DNA of 50,546 nt from Ignavibacteria bacterium (GCA_041694835.1 JBGFRZ010000048.1:1-50546); one strand, 5' to 3'. Counted from the stretch's first letter, positions 39,706 through 48,292 are shown. Numbers and translations: made by a program. Notes: generated by a model from the sequence alone, not told the origin.

Positions 39706-40973
39706 GTTTGAGGGTTAAAGAGTTTAAGAATTTAAGAGTTGGGGAACGGCGGGACAGAGCACAGGAGCACAAGAGTACAAGGGGAGTAGCCGCACCGCCT
39801 TGCGGTGCTGATTGTAGAGCACAAGAGCAGCAGAGCACAAGTGCACAAGGGCACAAGTCAGAGGACGGAGACGAGTTCAGAACCGATACAGGATGCAGGA
39901 TGCAGGAGCACAAGGGCACAAGAACACAAGTCAGGGCAGCAGAGCAGCGGTGGCTCGTGGCTCGTGGCTCGTTTCCTCCAGTCACCAGTCACCAGCCACT
40001 ATCCACTATTCGCTATTCTCTCATCTCTCACCTCTCATCTCTATGCTCTATCCTCTATTCTCTCTTCTCTATCCGCTATTCACTATTTGCTATTTGCTGT
40101 TTGCTATTTACCGCTTCTGTTTTTGCTTCTACTTTGTCAACCAACTTCGCCGAGGTTTTCGTTGACAACCTTAAAATCGGCGGTGCATACAATTTGACGG
40201 AAGTCGCAAATTTTCCTATGTGGATAGGATATCGCGGTGACGCTCCCACGGATTTAAAGATAGATATCGTTACGCCCTCGTCCACCGAACTCAAAAGCGG
40301 GTACGAGCCGATACCCGACACGTCATGGATAACCGTTTCGAAAAACATAATTTCGCTGCTTCCGGATGAAAGCGCCAATTTGGATGTGACGATAAACATT
40401 CCCAACGACGAGAAGTATCTCGGAAAAAAGTATCAGGCATACGTTCACGTGGTCACCGTTCCATCAAAGGACGCTAAAGGAATCGCAATCTCTTTGGCGC
40501 TGAAGGGTAGGGTGATTTTCGGCATAGCCAAGACACCTCCTACGGAGGCAGAACTGAGGGAGTTGAAGAAAAAAAAGATGATGGCTTCGCAGGGAGTGAT
40601 TATAACTCCGGAGAAATTTGAGGTATCAGTGGCTTCTTTCGAGAAGCGAATAAACGTTACTGAGGACGTTCCTTTGAAAATAATAAATTCGTCGAGGGAA
40701 AACGTGGCAATATTTGTGGAAATCGTAGAGCCGGACGCAAGTGGTGTGTCACTTCCACGGAATTACAAGAAAGGGGGGTTGTCTGACATTGTTTTGAGCA
40801 GGAAAAAATTCAATTTAAAACCCGATGGAATAGTAAACGTGGCGATTGCTTTAAATCCGCTGGAAAAGGAGGTGATAAAAGATGAAAAAATCAGGTTGTT
40901 CTACGTGGTTCGACTGAACATTAAATCGCCGACTATTGAGATTGTTAGATTTGTGAAAATTTATATTAATTAG
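39702..40973 (+). CDS. Chaperone-like exported protein, paralog of 35834, with repeat-encoded N-terminus (copy C, ~39816-40110)
   Basis: Mature part from ~40128 aligns with 35834; GGAGG before ATG 39702. Alternative start at 39900. Confidence 0.65.
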   Translation: MSLRVKEFKNLRVGERRDRAQEHKSTRGVAAPPCGADCRAQEQQSTSAQGHKSEDGDEFRTDTGCRMQEHKGTRTQVRAAEQRWLVARGSFPPVTSHQPLSTIRYSLISHLSSLCSILYSLFSIRYSLFAICCLLFTASVFASTLSTNFAEVFVDNLKIGGAYNLTEVANFPMWIGYRGDAPTDLKIDIVTPSSTELKSGYEPIPDTSWITVSKNIISLLPDESANLDVTINIPNDEKYLGKKYQAYVHVVTVPSKDAKGIAISLALKGRVIFGIAKTPPTEAELRELKKKKMMASQGVIITPEKFEVSVASFEKRINVTEDVPLKIINSSRENVAIFVEIVEPDASGVSLPRNYKKGGLSDIVLSRKKFNLKPDGIVNVAIALNPLEKEVIKDEKIRLFYVVRLNIKSPTIEIVRFVKIYIN

Positions 40974-41122
40974 GAGGTTTTATGGGGACATCCATGTTTT
41001 TTGAAAAGCTTTTTCTGGTATTCGAACATTTGTTCGAATTTACCGTCGGAGAAATTGCGGGAAATCGCGGATCTCCGTACGAATATTTTAATTCATCTCT
41101 TTTGAAAGAGAAAGGAGGAGGT

Positions 41123-41734
41123 ATGTTGAAGAAGTTTTTGTTTTTACTATGCGTCCCGATTTTGGGACTGCTCTTGTTGACGGCAAAGCCGGCGGATGCG
41201 GCTACAAGCGTCAGCGCAAACATCGTGCTGAGGGCGACCGTTACCATAAGCGTGTCGTTGGTTACGCCAAACACATGGTACACCTTCGGAGAAGTGTCGG
41301 CTGCTTCAACCAACTACTCAAATACACCAATAGTGGTTCGCAACGATTCGCTCGGCGCCATCTGCAGGTGGGATTTGAACATCGATCCGACATCGTTAGC
41401 GGGATGGACGCTCGGAAGCGCTCCAGGACTTGACCAGGTGGCGTTGTTTGCTCGTTTTAGAAAAACGGACCAGCCGACTGATGCGATGTTTGTTGCAAGT
41501 AGCACCTTGAGCGCCACCGCAAAGGAGTACAACGCGATAAACTTCTATGACTCCGATTACGACACTGACGGTCATCTGAATGATGCGTCTAAAATTCTTC
41601 CACAGGCATACGCTATCACCGTTGGAAAAAGCGCCGACAGAAGACTCTGGCTTAAACTCCAGACGCCGACTCTTGTAACCGACCAGAACTGGAGAACGCT
41701 TCGTTTGGTTGTTACGGCGAAGATGGCGGGATAG
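41123..41734 (+). CDS. Exported pilin-like protein 2
   Basis: AGGAGG RBS, signal peptide ...ADA, ends RRLWLKLQTP...TLRLVVTAK; similar to the giant protein C-terminus. Confidence 0.65.
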   Translation: MLKKFLFLLCVPILGLLLLTAKPADAATSVSANIVLRATVTISVSLVTPNTWYTFGEVSAASTNYSNTPIVVRNDSLGAICRWDLNIDPTSLAGWTLGSAPGLDQVALFARFRKTDQPTDAMFVASSTLSATAKEYNAINFYDSDYDTDGHLNDASKILPQAYAITVGKSADRRLWLKLQTPTLVTDQNWRTLRLVVTAKMAG

Positions 41735-41740
41735 GCGGGG

Positions 41741-41896
41741 AAGTGAAAAGTTGAATGTGGAAAGATAGTATGTAGTAGGTAGGGAACAGCAGAAAGTGGA
41801 AGGTTAAATGTTGAATGTTGAAGAGTTCAAGAGTTGAATGGTTGGAGAGTTGAAGTGTTGAAAGTGAAAAGTTGAATGTGGAAAGCGAATAGCGAA
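41741..41896 (+). repeat. Purine-rich 7/8-mer tract with an internal direct repeat
   Basis: AAGTGAAAAGTTGAATGTGGAAAG at 41741 and 41862. Confidence 0.75.
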
Positions 41897-41920
41897 AATC
41901 TCAGACACTGATACTAAACT

Positions 41921-44914
41921 ATGAGAACACAGGTTTCACCGCTGACTATCTTTTTAAGATTGCTCCTGTCGATGTTTGTGGCAGGGCAGGGTCTCCCTCC
42001 GCCCGCTTGGGCTTCGGCGCTTGTTCAACTAAGGGTGTCTTCGCCTTATACGGGCAATCCATCCGCTGTTACGAACCTTCAGGCAGAGCCTGATTTTTCA
42101 CTACCCGAGGAACAGGGTAAAATCCGTCTTAACTGGTCTACTCCTTCGGATGCCGGCGGAAAGAGTGTGTTTTCTTACTTGATAAAATATGCAACTTTCA
42201 GCGTTGCCGAACTTTCAGGCGACACAACGACATGGTGGAATCATCCTTTGTCCATAACGGCAACCGAAAGTTCGATTCCTCCGAATTTTGGAAGAACGGC
42301 AAAAGCGGCTCCCGGCTCGACGGAGACATTTGTAATCAGCGGTCTTGTGTCCGGAGATTTTTATTACTTTGGCGTCAAAGTCATAGATAGATACAACAGA
42401 CTTTCTGACCGGGACGCTCAGTTTAGAGGAATAACTACACAGGGACGTGCATTCGCAACAACTCCGCCGTGGACGCCGTCAAAAGTGACAGATCTCGTCG
42501 GGGCGTCTTTAGAAATACCGGCAAGAGTTCGACTCACATGGACGATGCCATCGTTCTGGAATGAGAGCAATGAAGTCGTTCCGGGACACATAAAGCAACC
42601 CGGGTTATACTGCATACAATACTCGACGGCACTTCCGCCGACGAATTTAGACAAGCCGAATCAGCCTAACAACTGGACGGCATCAGTCCGTCATTATATT
42701 TCAACTCAAAATGTCCGCACGGGGGATTTGCAATCATATGTATTGACGGGACTCACTCAAAATACCACTTATTATATCCATATTTTCACTCGAAACGAAT
42801 GGCCGGACAAGTGGTCTTCTGAGTCAGCCCCTCTAACACTGGTCAGGCCTTACATATCCTTGAAAGCGGTGGAAAATCTTTTTGCTGTCGCTGGCGGTTC
42901 AACCACGGAAGGGCTTGGAAGTTTTGTAACGCTTTCATGGAAGAATCCTTCAGACGAGCAATTCTTCAGAGGCGCTCGCATAGTCTTTTCGACTACATCT
43001 TATCCCCCATCGCCAAATGAGTCGAATTTCATTGATGTAGAGCCGCTGGTTTTAGGCGATACCACTGATTATGTCCATATTCAGTTATTGCCAAGAACCA
43101 CACATTACTATTCTATTTTTGCTTATGACATAAACAGATTTTATTCATCGGCCACTTATACAAGCGTATACACCAACGTTGACCTACTTGCGCCCTCAGA
43201 GATTTCAAACATAACCTCGTTCATTTCTCTTGACAGAACCGGTGATTCAGACAAATACAACATAAACTTAAGTTGGACGAAGCCGACTACCCCCCTTCAC
43301 AGAAACATTGATTACGAAGGCGCAAGAATCTATTTCAGCACGTTGACGCCCGACGCGGTCCAACATACGTTTTTGGCGGCGGCGACAGGCAGAACATTTG
43401 TTCACGAAGTTTTGACGCCTTATACAACATACTTCTACTCATTTGCCAGTTACGACGCCGTCGGGAACAAACAACCAGTTTCTGAACGTTCGTCGCATTT
43501 GGTCTATATATCGGAAAAAGATGTTCCGCCATCTCCGCCGGTTTTAATATCGTCCATTTATTCGTCAAACAGAGAGTTCGCCGAAGGATGCAAACTCGCT
43601 TTGAGATGGAAGGCGCCCGCCGAAATTCAAGTTGAGAGAATCGTTATAAGAGCCGCTTACGATGATTTCCCGTCGGATATATCTAAAGGCGAACAATTTC
43701 TTGAATACTTCTCCGCCCCAGGCGAGGAGTCTTCAAGAGAGTTCAAACGTTTGCTTTCACTAACCACTCATTACATTTCTATTTTTGCTGTTTCCAAATA
43801 CGGTCTTGCTTCAATGCCCGTAAGGCATTCGTTCTATACCCATATTCCATGGACGGACACGGTCGCACCGTTTAAGCCGCTTGATTTAAGGATAGTCGGC
43901 AGACAAATGACCTGGAGCCCCGTGGCGTTCAACGCGGAACTAAAAGCCATACCAAACCCCTCAACACCCGATATATCCGATGTCTACTTCTATGAAATCC
44001 ACACAAGCACGTCAATAAGAGGAGGATGGGGCATCCTGACCCGGCTTTCGCCGACTGTCACGTCGTATAATCTTCCAATTTCCGACGGAGTTCGCTACTA
44101 CAAATGTCGCGCGCTCGACGCAAGCGGAAATTTTGCGGACTCATATGTGCTCGATTCAAATAAAAACATATATGCGCTTGCGTCCGACAAGAGTTTTGTT
44201 TTCGTGCCGGGCGAACTCTTCGAGACGGAAAAATCCGGCAAGGACAAATTTGTGCTCTCGCTTTCAAGAAACACTTCTGACGAGAAAGGAAGTATTTATA
44301 AATCGTTAAACGTTCGGGTTGACAGATTGCATGTTTCCACATCTTCGCTGACGCTTGAAAATATGCAGGGCTTTAATCTCGGAAGTTCAAAATGCAAAAT
44401 AGCCTTTAGTTACGAAGTTTCCGACGGCAAACTGAAATTCGGAGCGCCTTCTGTAAACGTTGCAGATGCCACCAATTCTCTCGGTATATTTTACTTTAAC
44501 GGTGTCGAGTGGACACGACTAAACACGGTCGTGGTTGATGCCGAAAATTCAGTCAAATCAAATATCCGATTTGCCGGCACTTATCATTTAAGATATTCTC
44601 CGACGACGGGCGAATTTGCCTTCTACGATGTTGTTCCTAAAATCATAACTCCGAATAACGATGAACTCAACGACCGGGCGCTCTTCAGGTTCTCAAATCC
44701 AAAATTACAGAGCGTCTCGCTTAAAATATTCGACATAAACTCCGCTCTTGTCAAAGACATAGGAGAGACTACAAAAACATCCGACATACCGGGCGAGTAT
44801 ATTTTCTGGGACGGCACCGATAAGGACAACAGAGTCGTTCAGCCCGGAGTTTATCTGTATCAGTTGGAAGTCGACGGAAAAGTCATAAATGGAACGATTG
44901 TTGTTGCAAGGTAA
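41921..44914 (+). CDS. Secreted FN3-repeat protein with FlgD-Ig/gliding-motility-type C-terminal domain
   Basis: Repeated L.W..P...T.YY modules; C-terminus ITPNND..ND, WDG, PGVYLYQ, NGTIVVAR. Confidence 0.8.
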   Translation: MRTQVSPLTIFLRLLLSMFVAGQGLPPPAWASALVQLRVSSPYTGNPSAVTNLQAEPDFSLPEEQGKIRLNWSTPSDAGGKSVFSYLIKYATFSVAELSGDTTTWWNHPLSITATESSIPPNFGRTAKAAPGSTETFVISGLVSGDFYYFGVKVIDRYNRLSDRDAQFRGITTQGRAFATTPPWTPSKVTDLVGASLEIPARVRLTWTMPSFWNESNEVVPGHIKQPGLYCIQYSTALPPTNLDKPNQPNNWTASVRHYISTQNVRTGDLQSYVLTGLTQNTTYYIHIFTRNEWPDKWSSESAPLTLVRPYISLKAVENLFAVAGGSTTEGLGSFVTLSWKNPSDEQFFRGARIVFSTTSYPPSPNESNFIDVEPLVLGDTTDYVHIQLLPRTTHYYSIFAYDINRFYSSATYTSVYTNVDLLAPSEISNITSFISLDRTGDSDKYNINLSWTKPTTPLHRNIDYEGARIYFSTLTPDAVQHTFLAAATGRTFVHEVLTPYTTYFYSFASYDAVGNKQPVSERSSHLVYISEKDVPPSPPVLISSIYSSNREFAEGCKLALRWKAPAEIQVERIVIRAAYDDFPSDISKGEQFLEYFSAPGEESSREFKRLLSLTTHYISIFAVSKYGLASMPVRHSFYTHIPWTDTVAPFKPLDLRIVGRQMTWSPVAFNAELKAIPNPSTPDISDVYFYEIHTSTSIRGGWGILTRLSPTVTSYNLPISDGVRYYKCRALDASGNFADSYVLDSNKNIYALASDKSFVFVPGELFETEKSGKDKFVLSLSRNTSDEKGSIYKSLNVRVDRLHVSTSSLTLENMQGFNLGSSKCKIAFSYEVSDGKLKFGAPSVNVADATNSLGIFYFNGVEWTRLNTVVVDAENSVKSNIRFAGTYHLRYSPTTGEFAFYDVVPKIITPNNDELNDRALFRFSNPKLQSVSLKIFDINSALVKDIGETTKTSDIPGEYIFWDGTDKDNRVVQPGVYLYQLEVDGKVINGTIVVAR

Positions 44915-44953
44915 AGACAGGGTATAGGGTGTAGGAGGGTGTAGGAGAGAGAT

Positions 44954-45325
44954 ATGTTGAAGAATTATAAAGGGTTAATCGTGTGGAAAAAGGCATATGG
45001 ATTATGTTTGAGCGTGTATAAAATAACAGAAAAGTTTCCATCGACAGAGAAATATGGATTAGTTTCGCAGATGAGAAGATGCTCCGTTTCTATTGTCTCA
45101 AATATTGCGGAGGGATATCAAAGACAGTACAGTGGTGAATACATCCAATTTTTATATATATCGTTTGGAGCGTGTGCCGAGTTGGAAACACAAATTATGT
45201 TGAGCAAGGATTTGAAATTCATTGCAAGTGAGGATTGCGAAGCGATTTTAAGTGTTTTAACTGAAATTGAAAAAATGTTGAGTTCTTTGTTGAGAAAAAT
45301 TAAAGAACGCGGAGGAAATTTATGA
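44954..45325 (+). CDS. Four-helix-bundle protein (23S rRNA IVP/Avd-like)
   Basis: LIVWKKA, FPSTEKYGLVSQMRRCSVSIVSNIAEG, ELETQ. Confidence 0.92.
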   Translation: MLKNYKGLIVWKKAYGLCLSVYKITEKFPSTEKYGLVSQMRRCSVSIVSNIAEGYQRQYSGEYIQFLYISFGACAELETQIMLSKDLKFIASEDCEAILSVLTEIEKMLSSLLRKIKERGGNL

Positions 45326-46941
45326 AAAAAACAGAGTTCAGAGTTCAGGGTTCAGGGTTCAGGGTTTTTGTTTTAGTCCTTTTCTATGCCCTATCCCCTA
45401 TACCCTGTCTTTACGCTGCTTTTGAAGAAATTACCGTCGGAGGACGCGCTGCAGGGCTCGGCGGAGCATATACGGCTCTTGGCGACGCTTACTCAATTTA
45501 TTACAACCCCGCCGGCATTTCGGCTATTGCGAGAGCGGAGTTTGGGGCACAGTACTCACGGCTTCATCTGGGGCTTGACGACGGCTCCGACCTTTCAAAC
45601 GCTTTCGTCGGCATAGCCCAGCCGCTAAAATTCAAAAACGACTACGGAACAATCGGTCTTGGGTGGCTGAGGTTTGCGCTTTCGGGTTTATATCAGGAAA
45701 ATACTATAATTTTATCCTACGGGAAAGATGCTGTTTTGGACCGTCTGATGGTCGGTTTAAATGCCAAATTCATCTTGTTGACTTACGGCGAAGATGCTTA
45801 CACAAAGAACGCGATGACAAATGAGGGACAGCCGAGCGGAATAAAAGACACGCTTTTTGAAAAGGGTAACTCAAAGTCGGCGTTTGATTTTGATTTTGGA
45901 CTCAAATATCCGCTTGCCGAAAATTACACAATTGGAGCGGTGGTTCAGAACATCGTCGGAGCAAATGTGTCTCTTGTCAACGCTCCCGATGTTACGCTTT
46001 CAAGAAGATTAAAACTCGGCATGTCGCATACGGGCAAAAATTATCTTCTAACTTGCGATATAGCGACCGACACAAGAACCAACGCAATAAGAGGGATGCT
46101 CGGCGGCGAGAAAAGTTTCGATTTCGGAGGCGTTTTAAGAGGAGGGCTTGGCATCGGCTCTGACGGTTGGGCGAATTTTACAGCTGGCATCGGATATAAA
46201 ACCGATGGGCTCAACTTTGATTACGGCCTTATATGGCCGATGGCCGGAATAAAAGACACTTACGGCAGTCATCGTGTTTCGCTGAACTTTAAATTCGGCC
46301 CGGTCATTCGTCTGCCCGAGAAAGAATCGGAACTTCAAATTCGTCTTGCAAAGGAAACTACGACAAGGAGGGAACTCGAAGAGAAATATAAAGTTTCGGA
46401 GATAGAACTCACAAAAGCGCGCGAAGAAATCAAGCAGTTGAGAAATCAGATAGAAGAACTTCTGAAGCGACCTGCGACCGCTCCTCCTCCCAGAGAAATT
46501 CCCGCCCCGAAAGTGAAAGATGTTCCGGCTGTCCCGTCCGTTCCTAAGAAACCTGCGGTAAAAGTTGAAGAAATAAAACCCGAGCCCCCGACGGACACGG
46601 AACAACTTAAAGCGACATACATAAAGGAATACAACCAGTATCAGAGGGATGCCGCGAAACTCGACATCAAAAAACGGCTCCATATAGTAGAGAACATTAT
46701 AGCGCGCTATTCGGGTAAAATAAAGATAACGGAAGCCCTCGACGAGCAAATGCTCCTCAGAAATGAATTCGCCGCCCAGACAAAGTTTTACAACGACGCG
46801 ATTGCTTATTATCGTCGTCTTGTTAGGCAGGGGATTTCTGCTGAAGAAAGACGAGACATCTTAAATCGCATGATGAAAAAATATGATGCCATGGGCGTGG
46901 ATGTTAGTGCTGCCAGAGAGGAGTTGAAACAAGTAAAATGA
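45322..46941 (+). CDS. PorV/UPF0164-like outer-membrane beta-barrel with coiled-coil, Pro-rich and helical tail
   Basis: GGRAAGLGGAYTAL...YYNPAG, barrel end HRVSLNFKFG, then PATAPPPREIPAP. Confidence 0.72.
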   Translation: MKKTEFRVQGSGFRVFVLVLFYALSPIPCLYAAFEEITVGGRAAGLGGAYTALGDAYSIYYNPAGISAIARAEFGAQYSRLHLGLDDGSDLSNAFVGIAQPLKFKNDYGTIGLGWLRFALSGLYQENTIILSYGKDAVLDRLMVGLNAKFILLTYGEDAYTKNAMTNEGQPSGIKDTLFEKGNSKSAFDFDFGLKYPLAENYTIGAVVQNIVGANVSLVNAPDVTLSRRLKLGMSHTGKNYLLTCDIATDTRTNAIRGMLGGEKSFDFGGVLRGGLGIGSDGWANFTAGIGYKTDGLNFDYGLIWPMAGIKDTYGSHRVSLNFKFGPVIRLPEKESELQIRLAKETTTRRELEEKYKVSEIELTKAREEIKQLRNQIEELLKRPATAPPPREIPAPKVKDVPAVPSVPKKPAVKVEEIKPEPPTDTEQLKATYIKEYNQYQRDAAKLDIKKRLHIVENIIARYSGKIKITEALDEQMLLRNEFAAQTKFYNDAIAYYRRLVRQGISAEERRDILNRMMKKYDAMGVDVSAAREELKQVK

Positions 46942-47280
46942 CGAATGATGAATAGTATGTAGTATGTGGTAGGTAGTATGTAGGGAACAGCGGATAGTAG
47001 CGGTGGGATTGAAAGGAAAATTGTCAAAGGAAAAAGGAAAATTGTAGTTGCTGATTTATCGGTAGTACAAAGGAAAATTGCCGAAGGAAAAATAAAAAAT
47101 TTCGGGGCGGACCCCGTTAGAAATCTCCAATAGGGGGATGCCGCCCATAAAAACTTTTAATTTTCTCTCTAACTCGACGACAACTTCTAACGGGGCGGAC
47201 ACAAAAGTCAACCTCTACGGGGAGTGTTGTACCTGTCCGCCCCTTATACACCCCCATCCCCTCTTGATAGAGGGGAATTT
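46939..47280. repeat. Composite intergenic repeats (stop-phased heptamers, REP remnants, CCCCGTTAGA element, UACG hairpin)
   Basis: Direct matches to the same motifs elsewhere in the window. Confidence 0.75.
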
Positions 47281-47310
47281 TTGAATTTTTAAATCAAAAG
47301 AGGTAAAATT

Positions 47311-47874
47311 ATGAAAAGACAAAAGACAGAGACGAGAGGTGAGAGGACAGAGGTGAGAAGACAGAGGTCAGAGGCCAGAGGCGAGTTCAGAACCGATACA
47401 GGATGCAGGATGCAGGAGCACAATGGCACAAGAACACAAGTCAGGGCAGCAGAGCAGCAGAGCAGCGGTGGCTTGTGGCTCGTGGCTCGTTTCCTCCAGT
47501 CACCAGTCACCAGCCACCATTCACTATTCGCTATTCTCACCCTATCTACTATCTACTACCTACTACCTGCTAAATTATATGCAGATTTTAAACTCAGCGA
47601 AGTCAGGCCCAGAATAATGACTATTGGCTCCTCAAGCATGAACGACAGAATATTTTTCAAGTTTGAACCATCGGAGGTATACAAATTGAAATTAACGGTA
47701 TTCAGTTTGGACGGAATAAGTGTGAGAGAAGTCTCATATAATAATGACGGCAGCGGGCGGATATTCTGGGAGGGGAAAAATAACGACGGAATTTTTGTTC
47801 TGCCCGGTGTTTACATATACCAGTTGGAAGCGGGCAAAAAGGTTGTCAATGGCGCGATTGTTGTTGCCAGATAG
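47311..47874 (+). CDS. Stand-alone FlgD-Ig/CTD-like protein with repeat-encoded N-terminus (copy D, ~47382-47570)
   Basis: C-terminal half resembles the 41921 C-terminus (FWEG, PGVYIYQLE, NGAIVVAR); GAGG RBS. Confidence 0.72.
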   Translation: MKRQKTETRGERTEVRRQRSEARGEFRTDTGCRMQEHNGTRTQVRAAEQQSSGGLWLVARFLQSPVTSHHSLFAILTLSTIYYLLPAKLYADFKLSEVRPRIMTIGSSSMNDRIFFKFEPSEVYKLKLTVFSLDGISVREVSYNNDGSGRIFWEGKNNDGIFVLPGVYIYQLEAGKKVVNGAIVVAR

Positions 47875-47892
47875 AGCACAAGGCACAAGGTT

Positions 47893-48246
47893 ATGGAAGG
47901 GAAAGGATATAGAAAACTACTCGTGTGGCAAAAGGCGGATGAGTTAGCAGTGGAAGTTTACATCATTACGAAAAAATTTCCGAGGGATGAAATATATGGC
48001 ATAACATCGCAACTGAGAAGAGCAACATTGTCAATTCCCACAAACATTGTGGAAGGATATGGCAGACAGAGTAGAAATGAGTTAAGACAGTTTATCAACA
48101 TTGCTTTGGGTTCGTTGGCAGAGACGGAATATCTTTTGGATTTTTCTTTAAGGTTGAAATATCTTACAATTGAAGAACACGCTAAATTGTATAGTTTGCA
48201 TACGGAGGTCGGAAAAATATTATGGAAGTTCTACAAATCCTTATGA
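47893..48246 (+). CDS. Four-helix-bundle protein, 116/117 aa identical to 36807
   Basis: Direct comparison of the two translations. Confidence 0.92.
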   Translation: MEGKGYRKLLVWQKADELAVEVYIITKKFPRDEIYGITSQLRRATLSIPTNIVEGYGRQSRNELRQFINIALGSLAETEYLLDFSLRLKYLTIEEHAKLYSLHTEVGKILWKFYKSL

Positions 48247-48292
48247 CTTATGCCTTGTGCTCTTATGCTCTTGTACTCTTGTGCTCTATGCT

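Noticed and set aside
44912-45414. Splicing or excision of cassette 3 to fuse 41921 with the barrel gene
   Set aside because: An in-frame join is possible, but no intron features are visible and it would bury a C-terminal sorting domain; no support.
36807-48246. Diversity-generating retroelement suggested by Avd-like genes
   Set aside because: No reverse transcriptase in the window and no repeat pair with adenine-specific differences was seen.
48170-48292. Upstream extension of the histidine kinase
   Set aside because: Overlaps the four-helix-bundle gene and cassette arm; MRIKTRL followed by a TM helix is a typical sensor start.
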